From Candidatus Latescibacterota bacterium (GTDB lineage Bacteria; Latescibacterota; UBA2968; UBA8231): DNA of 64,000 bases. The stretch spans positions 2,016,001-2,080,000 of the forward strand of contig OZ253462.1 of assembly GCA_965261395.1 (NCBI GenBank), in the 5' to 3' direction. The position numbers and the translations under genes are program-made. Below are positions 58,380-64,000 of the stretch, in pieces. The notes beneath the pieces are model-generated. The model was not told the origin of the DNA, searched no databases, and saw nothing but the letters and a program-made list of their open reading frames with translations. Numbering within the stretch: the stretch's first letter is position 1; the number at the start of each line of letters is the position of its first letter.

Positions 58380-59460
58380 GTCCCGACGCGAAGTGCAGGC
58401 TCTCCTCGCGCTGAGCCAAGCCGAGCCGCCTAGGCGCGTGCGGCGTTTGCTCGCCCACTTTGGCTCGGCGCAAGAGGCCCTCGCCGCCGCAGATTGGACT
58501 GCGGCCGTGGGGGTCAACGCGCCCGAGCAGCGTCCGACGCAGGCCGACTTCGCTTGGGCCGCCGAGCAGTGGCAACGGCTCTGCGCGGCCGGCGGGCGCT
58601 GCCTAGCCCCGGGGGACGCGGACTATCCCCAACTACTGGGCCAAATCGCCGCGCCGCCCCCCGTGCTGTTTGCGCTGGGGCCGGACGACTTGGCCCCTCC
58701 TATCGTGGCCATCGTCGGCTCGCGCAAGGCATCGGACAGTGGCAAGCTGATCGCCGGCGAGCTGGCCCGCGGCCTAGTAGCTCAAGGCATCTGCATCGTC
58801 AGCGGTATGGCTTTCGGCATTGACGCAGCCGCCCACGCGGCCGCGCTCGCGGCTGGCGGACGCACCATCGCCGTGCTAGGCTGCGGGGCCGACGTGCCCT
58901 ATCCCCGCGCCCACACCCAACTCTACCGCCAAATCCGCGAGCGGGGGGCCATCATCTCCGAGTTTGCTTGGGGGGCGCAGCCGGAGCGGGGAGCCTTCCC
59001 GCGCCGCAACCGCATCATCAGCGGGCTGAGCTTGGGGGTAGTCATCGTCGAGGCCCCGCAAAAGAGTGGAGCACTGATCACAGTCCAACACGCACTCGAT
59101 CAAAACCGCGAGGTCTTCGCCGTGCCCGGGGACGTGCGCTCGGGCCGCAACGCAGGCTGCCACCAGCTCATCAAAGACGGGGCCAAGTTGGTCGAGGACG
59201 TGGAGGACGTGCTAGAGGAATTGACCATGTGGGCAGCACCGCACCCGCAAAACGCGCCCGTGCCCGCGCCCGCGCCCGATCTTCCCCCAGAGGACGAGAG
59301 CGTCTATGCCCTGCTCTCGCGCCAACCCCGGCACATCGACGAACTCGCCCAAGACAGCGCCCTGCCGCCCGCGACCCTGCTCGACGTGCTGCTGAGGTTG
59401 GAACTCGACGGGCTAGTCGATCAACTCGCGGGCAAGCGATTTTTGCGGCGAGCGGGGTAA
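58372..59460 (+). CDS. dprA: DNA-processing protein DprA
   Basis: AIVGSR, VSGMAFGIDAAAH, FPRRNRIISGLS, VEAPQKSGALIT and a C-terminal wHTH. Confidence 0.95.
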   Translation: MPESRREVQALLALSQAEPPRRVRRLLAHFGSAQEALAAADWTAAVGVNAPEQRPTQADFAWAAEQWQRLCAAGGRCLAPGDADYPQLLGQIAAPPPVLFALGPDDLAPPIVAIVGSRKASDSGKLIAGELARGLVAQGICIVSGMAFGIDAAAHAAALAAGGRTIAVLGCGADVPYPRAHTQLYRQIRERGAIISEFAWGAQPERGAFPRRNRIISGLSLGVVIVEAPQKSGALITVQHALDQNREVFAVPGDVRSGRNAGCHQLIKDGAKLVEDVEDVLEELTMWAAPHPQNAPVPAPAPDLPPEDESVYALLSRQPRHIDELAQDSALPPATLLDVLLRLELDGLVDQLAGKRFLRRAG

Positions 59461-59576
59461 TCCTCCACAAGCACCAGCGGACCTATAGCCCCCGCCACCA
59501 TTTATACGATTATCGGCCGATGAACGCCGATGCATCTCCTACCTACACGGCTTTGCCGGTAACAGATTTTTCGACG

Positions 59577-59714
59577 CTAGTCGTCCGAGTCCCCTATCTG
59601 CAACGGTTCGTCGCGGTGGGATTTATCTTGAAAAAAAGGCCGCGCTAAACGCCACAGTACGTACGCTCCGGCGAGCGCAGCAACGGCGACGGCCACCGGC
59701 GTTTGCCAGTCCAT
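59577..59714 (-). CDS. Small FeoB-associated membrane protein (45 aa)
   Basis: MDWQTPVAVAVAALAGAYVLWR single TM, starting 1 nt after the feoB stop. Confidence 0.6.
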   Translation of the reverse strand: MDWQTPVAVAVAALAGAYVLWRLARPFFQDKSHRDEPLQIGDSDD

Positions 59715-59715
59715 T

Positions 59716-61848
59716 TCAAAAACCCAAGGCCGTGCCGACTTGGTAGGTCGCCAGCGCGCCGACATAAGCGAGGGTCGTCATATAGCCAAAGCTGAGCAGA
59801 GACCAGCGATAGGAGCCGGTCTCTTTTTGGATGACGACCAAGGTCGACAGGCACTGAGCGCAGAGGGCGAAGAAGACCATTATCGACAGCGCGACCGGCA
59901 GGGTGTAAATCGGGCGGCCATCCGGCCAAGTAGCGGCGACCAAGGTCGTGCGCAGGCTCTCGGAGCCTTCGTCCTCGCCCGCGCCGAGGCTGTAGATGGT
60001 GCCCAAGGCCGAGATGATGACTTCGCGGGCCGGGAAAGAGGCGATGACCGCCATGCCGATGCGCCAATCCCATCCTAAAGGACGCACGACCGGCGCAACC
60101 CAATGCCCGGCTTGGCCGAGATAGCTGTTTTCTACCAGTTCGGCCGCCTGGCGCTTTTCCAAGGCGTCGAGGACTGCGGGCGCAACCGCTTGGCGCTCGA
60201 CTTGGTGGCGCTCGACCACGACTTCCGAGCGCGGAAAGTACGCCAGCGCCCACATCGCAATCGTCGTCGCCAAGATGAGACTACCCGCGCGAACGACAAA
60301 GGCCCGGCTGCTGTGGTACACGCGCAGCAGCACGGTGCGCAGATCGGGCGTCTTATAGGAAGGCAGCTCCAGCAGAAAGGGCGGGGGATCGCCGCTGAGC
60401 AAGGTCCGCTTGAGCAACCAAGCCACCGGAATGGCGACGAGTGCGCCGAGGCAATAGAAGGCGAGCAGGGTCAGAGCCTGCAAGCCGATGATCCCACCCC
60501 ACAGCGAGTGGTCTGGGACAAAGGCCCCTATAAAAAGCACGTACACCGGCAGGCGCGCCGAACAGCTCATCAGCGGCGCGACCAAGATGGTGGCAAAGCG
60601 GTCGCGCTGATCTTCAATGGTGCGGGTGGCCATGATACCCGGAACGGCGCAGGCAAAACTGGACAGCAGGGGCATGAAGGCCGTGCCAGAAAGCCCGACG
60701 CGGGTCAGCAGCCGATCCATCAACAGCGCGGCTCGGGCCATGTAGCCGCTGTCTTCGAGCAGGGCAATAAAAAAGAACAAGATGGCGATCTGCGGCAGGA
60801 AGATGAGCACGCCGCCAACGCCGGCGATGAGGCCATCGACGACGAGGCTTTGCAGGGGGCCGGGGGGGATGAGCGCCGCGGCGCGGGTGCCGCAGAAGGC
60901 AAAGATCGCGTCAACGCCATCCATCAGCGGCCCGGACCAAGTGTAAATGGCTTCGAAGACCAAGACGTTGACCAGCACAAAAATCGCCACGCCGAAGAGG
61001 CGGTGCGCGAGAATGCGGTCGGCCCGATCCGAGCGGCGCTCCTCTAGACAGCTAGGCTGGGAAATCGCATGTGAGAGCAGGCCGTCGATCCAAGCATAGC
61101 GGGCGTTGCTTTCTAGCTCGGAGAGTGAATCCGCGCCGGCCGAGCGCAGAGTGTGCAAGCGGTCCGCGGTGCCATCACCAGCTAACGCCAACAAGCGGCG
61201 CTCGGCATAGCCATCTTCATCGACTAGGGCGCGCAGGGCCTCTATTGGGGAGAGCGGCACCGAGACCGTGGCTTGCAGCTCGGCAGTGGCGCGCTGAAGC
61301 TGGTCGGGCAGTTCCATCCGCTGCGACCGCGCGGGCGCTGGATCCGCGCTTAAGGCCGCCAAGGTGCACCGCAGCTCGTCCAACCCCTGCCGGCGATGGG
61401 CGCAGATAGGCACCACCGGCGCGCCGAGCGCCTCAGACAAGGCACTGGCATCAATGCTAATACCCCGCCGGGTTGCTATGTCCCCCATATTGAGGGCCAC
61501 GACCAAGGGCACGTCTATTTCCGCGAGTTGGGAAACCAAGTAGAGGTTGCGCCGCAGGTTGCTGGCATCGACGACCGCCAAGATGCCATCTATGGGCGGC
61601 GCGTCTTGCTGTTGGCCCAAGAGCACGTCAATGGCCAGCATCTCGTCGGGTGAGTGCGCAGCGAGGCTATAGGTACCAGGCAGATCGATGAGATCTAGCG
61701 CGTCTCCCCGATCCAGCGTCAGGGTCCCCACCTTGTGTTCCACGGTGACGCCCGGGTAGTTACCGGCGCGCTGCGCAAGGCCGGTCAGGGCATTGAAAAG
61801 CGTGGTCTTGCCCGTGTTGGGGTTACCAATAAGTGCGAGAGTCCGCAC
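59716..61848 (-). CDS. feoB: Ferrous iron transporter FeoB
   Basis: GNPNTGKTTLFN, GNYPGVTV, DLPGTYS, LEDSGYMAR, CSARLPVY and ELPSY. Confidence 0.96.
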   Translation of the reverse strand: MRTLALIGNPNTGKTTLFNALTGLAQRAGNYPGVTVEHKVGTLTLDRGDALDLIDLPGTYSLAAHSPDEMLAIDVLLGQQQDAPPIDGILAVVDASNLRRNLYLVSQLAEIDVPLVVALNMGDIATRRGISIDASALSEALGAPVVPICAHRRQGLDELRCTLAALSADPAPARSQRMELPDQLQRATAELQATVSVPLSPIEALRALVDEDGYAERRLLALAGDGTADRLHTLRSAGADSLSELESNARYAWIDGLLSHAISQPSCLEERRSDRADRILAHRLFGVAIFVLVNVLVFEAIYTWSGPLMDGVDAIFAFCGTRAAALIPPGPLQSLVVDGLIAGVGGVLIFLPQIAILFFFIALLEDSGYMARAALLMDRLLTRVGLSGTAFMPLLSSFACAVPGIMATRTIEDQRDRFATILVAPLMSCSARLPVYVLFIGAFVPDHSLWGGIIGLQALTLLAFYCLGALVAIPVAWLLKRTLLSGDPPPFLLELPSYKTPDLRTVLLRVYHSSRAFVVRAGSLILATTIAMWALAYFPRSEVVVERHQVERQAVAPAVLDALEKRQAAELVENSYLGQAGHWVAPVVRPLGWDWRIGMAVIASFPAREVIISALGTIYSLGAGEDEGSESLRTTLVAATWPDGRPIYTLPVALSIMVFFALCAQCLSTLVVIQKETGSYRWSLLSFGYMTTLAYVGALATYQVGTALGF

Positions 61849-61873
61849 ACAGGACCTACTGAGCAGGAAAAAA

Positions 61874-62125
61874 CTAGGGGACTAGGCGGATGGCAGCAGC
61901 ATCTCGACGCCGGAGCGCGAGGCGGGTCTGTCCTATTTGGACGATGAGCGCGGTCCCCGAGCGCAACACGCGCAGGTGTTCGCCGGGCAAAAAGCCCAAT
62001 TCGCGCAAGCGGGCGGCCAAGCGGGCGGGGGCCGAGATTTCGGCGACGACGGCTTCGCTGTGCCGCGGCAGTTGCGACAAGTCGAGTGGGGAGTCTGATG
62101 TGCAGGACGTTTTGCGATCTTCCAC
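61874..62125 (-). CDS. feoA: Ferrous iron transport protein FeoA
   Basis: RLRELGFLPG...LALRR..A..I; directly upstream of feoB. Confidence 0.88.
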   Translation of the reverse strand: MEDRKTSCTSDSPLDLSQLPRHSEAVVAEISAPARLAARLRELGFLPGEHLRVLRSGTALIVQIGQTRLALRRRDAAAIRLVP

Positions 62126-62204
62126 GCGATAGCTCCGGCTAGATTGGCTACGGGAATAAGTGTTTAAGCTGCCAATGGGCTGTTCTGTATGTCAAACTTT
62201 TGTA

Positions 62205-62270
62205 AATATAGTCAACCGGAGAGCGGTACGTCAATGTGTTTTTTTACAAGATTGTAAAAAAATGTTGACG
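62205..62270 (-). promoter_or_regulatory. feoA promoter and AT-rich palindrome
   Basis: Minus strand TTGACG (62234-62229)-N18-TATATT. Inverted repeat CGTCAA..TTTTTTTACAA-GA-TTGTAAAAAAA..TTGACG. Confidence 0.6.
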
Positions 62271-62308
62271 GGCTAAAATAACCGATGACACCCGAGCTTC
62301 TTAAGCAG

Positions 62309-62390
62309 AGATGCTTCGACTTCGCTCAGCATGACAGGGGCTAAAGTGGTCCTTCCTTGTCCTGCTGAGCGCAGCGCAGTCGAAGCATCT
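62309..62390. repeat. REP-like palindromic repeat element (inverted pair)
   Basis: AGATGCTTCGACTTCGCTCAGCATGACA...TGTCCTGCTGAGCGCAGCGCAGTCGAAGCATCT. Confidence 0.8.
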
Positions 62391-62516
62391 ATAGACCTAC
62401 CAATGCCTATCCCACAGGCCCCGACGATGCGTAACATCAGTTATTCGACAAGCGATGAGGCGTTGCTCATCTTAGTCCGATCTACAAAATGCGGTTTTAC
62501 AGAAAGCTGGGAGACC

Positions 62517-63395
62517 ATGACAAAATGTATTATAGGGGCGATGTTGCTCGGCGCGGCCCAAGTGGGGGCGGTGGATTTTTACGCGCATTGGGCCGATGGG
62601 AAGGCCGAGCTCTCTAGCTACGAGGTGGTCCAGCCGCGCTACGGCGAGCTGCGGCAGGGGTATGGGGTGATGATTTTCGTGACTGAGAGCCTGCACCGGC
62701 CGACCTTCATCAAGGTCGATTCGCCGACGCCGGAGGCCGACCAATTCTACGCGCTCAAGCTCAATCACATCCTCCAGTTTACGACCGGGGTCTACGACTA
62801 TTCGGTAATGACTTCGGTTTTCAGCCAAGTGGCGGGCGAGCAGCATCCCTTTGAGCTGCGGCGCATTTCGTTCAGCGCGCAAGAGTGGTGCGGGCAGGTC
62901 TTTGACGAGGCCCTGTTCCGCAACGGGCAGATCAACGGACACATCAGCAGCTATTTTGCCAGCGAGGGCCGGGGCACCTATCAGCTAAAACAGCCCGAGC
63001 ACTTCGCGAGCGAGGATCATCTGCTGATCCGCATCCGAGAGCTACAAGGGCCGTTTATGGCTCTGGGCGAGGTGCGAGAGGTGGAGGTGCTGCCGAGCTT
63101 TTGGCAGCTTCGGCAGGCGCATCAACCCCATGCGACCGTGGCCGGGCAGATCCACAAGGTCGCCGAGGAGCAGATTGAGACGGCAGCCGGCGCACTGGCC
63201 AGCGTGCGGTGGGAACTGCACATTGGCCAGCGGCAGCGGACCTTGTGGACGGAAACAACCTATCCGCATCGGATTCTGCGCTGGGAGGACGGCGATGGGG
63301 GGCGCGGCGAATTGATGCGGACGATGCGGGTGCCCTACTGGCAATTGCAGGCCAACGCCGACGAGGTGTACCGGCGAGAACTGGGCATTCCCTGA
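62517..63395 (+). CDS. Exported hypothetical protein
   Basis: Signal peptide MTKCIIGAMLLGAAQVGA; W.DGKAEL..Y...Q.RYGELRQG..V.IFVTE, LKLN, F.TGVY.YSVMTSVF and QEWCGQ motifs resemble a family I recall from FCB genomes. Confidence 0.8.
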   Translation: MTKCIIGAMLLGAAQVGAVDFYAHWADGKAELSSYEVVQPRYGELRQGYGVMIFVTESLHRPTFIKVDSPTPEADQFYALKLNHILQFTTGVYDYSVMTSVFSQVAGEQHPFELRRISFSAQEWCGQVFDEALFRNGQINGHISSYFASEGRGTYQLKQPEHFASEDHLLIRIRELQGPFMALGEVREVEVLPSFWQLRQAHQPHATVAGQIHKVAEEQIETAAGALASVRWELHIGQRQRTLWTETTYPHRILRWEDGDGGRGELMRTMRVPYWQLQANADEVYRRELGIP

Positions 63396-63417
63396 GAAGT
63401 AGCTAACAAGCGTCCCG

Positions 63418-64000
63418 TCACTCGACATTTCCTTCCATCGTCTCCAGCAGAGCCTCGCGGTTGGCACGTACGTTTTCTAGGGTCGGGTCCAGTGAAAGTG
63501 CTTGGTCGAAGCGTTGCAGCGCCTCGTCGTTTCTTCCCAAGAAGACGAGGGCGATGCCCATGTTGCTATAGGTCGCTGCGTCGTTAGGATGGAGGGCGAT
63601 GAGCCGCTGCAAGAGTTCCAGCATCTCACCGTAGCGCTGCTGTTGAGCACGCAGCGTGGCCAGCCAATGGAGCGCCTCCGCATAGTGCGGGTCCATCTCA
63701 AGCGTGTGTTCGTAGTATTCCGCCGCTGCCTCGGGTTGCTCTTTCTCCCGCGCAGTCTCCCCCATGAGAAAATGCAACTCGGCCGCTTGCGTTGAGTCCG
63801 GGGCCAATGCCGTCGCCTGCGCTATGAGGTCCATCGCTTCTTCGTAGCGTCCCTGTGGCGTGAGTAGCTCGATCAATTTCTGGAAAGAGTCAACAGGGTT
63901 GAGATCCAAAGCGCGGCGCAGAGGAGTTCCTGCCTCCTCAGAGCGTCCCAGCGCATTGAGAGCCAAGCCGAGGTTGAACATGGGCCAGTGCGAAATCCGG
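63418..64000 (-). CDS. Tetratricopeptide-repeat protein (partial, apparent +1 frameshift at 63979)
   Basis: TPR motifs FNLGLAL..LGR.EEA...P and YSNMGIAL..LGR.DEA...F.QAL.LDP. The upstream frame reads PDFALAH and is offset by one base. Confidence 0.85.
   Translation of the reverse strand, partial: RISHWPMFNLGLALNALGRSEEAGTPLRRALDLNPVDSFQKLIELLTPQGRYEEAMDLIAQATALAPDSTQAAELHFLMGETAREKEQPEAAAEYYEHTLEMDPHYAEALHWLATLRAQQQRYGEMLELLQRLIALHPNDAATYSNMGIALVFLGRNDEALQRFDQALSLDPTLENVRANREALLETMEGNVE

Noticed and set aside
60103-61047. 314-aa ORF and many similar alternative-frame ORFs
   Set aside because: These are antisense or off-frame shadows of confident genes, expected in high-GC DNA.
62331-62516. 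N-terminal extension of the 354-aa ORF
   Set aside because: It begins inside the REP-like element. The signal peptide and RBS point to ATG 62517.

Overview
GC-rich bacterial chromosomal segment. A C-terminal TAVExxSWGxIK tail, a SprA homologue, a phytanoyl-CoA dioxygenase and a family-5 ABC transporter suggest an FCB-group, Latescibacterota-like organism; this taxonomy is inference only. The housekeeping and metabolic backbone includes a purF-like gene, a P-II protein, an opp-type ABC transporter, fbaB, tRNA-Asp, def, larE, selA, lptFG, sprA, comEA, coaD, dprA and feoAB. Three defence-type insertions interrupt it: (1) a large Type III restriction-modification mod-res pair behind an IS256 scar; (2) a DUF262 + HEPN pair whose first gene is cut by an intact IS5-family element with perfect TIRs and a TTA duplication; (3) a ~6 kb island wedged between the permeases and ATPases of the peptide ABC operon. 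That island carries an orphan DNA methyltransferase, an uncharacterised 1187-aa protein and two PIN toxin-antitoxin modules, separated by degenerate attC-like sites. The best candidates for undescribed biology are the cassette-like island and its 1187-aa protein, and a T9SS-like SprA gene that has a highly structured leader, an internal VNTR and tight linkage to competence genes. All calls come from reading the sequence; no searches were run.
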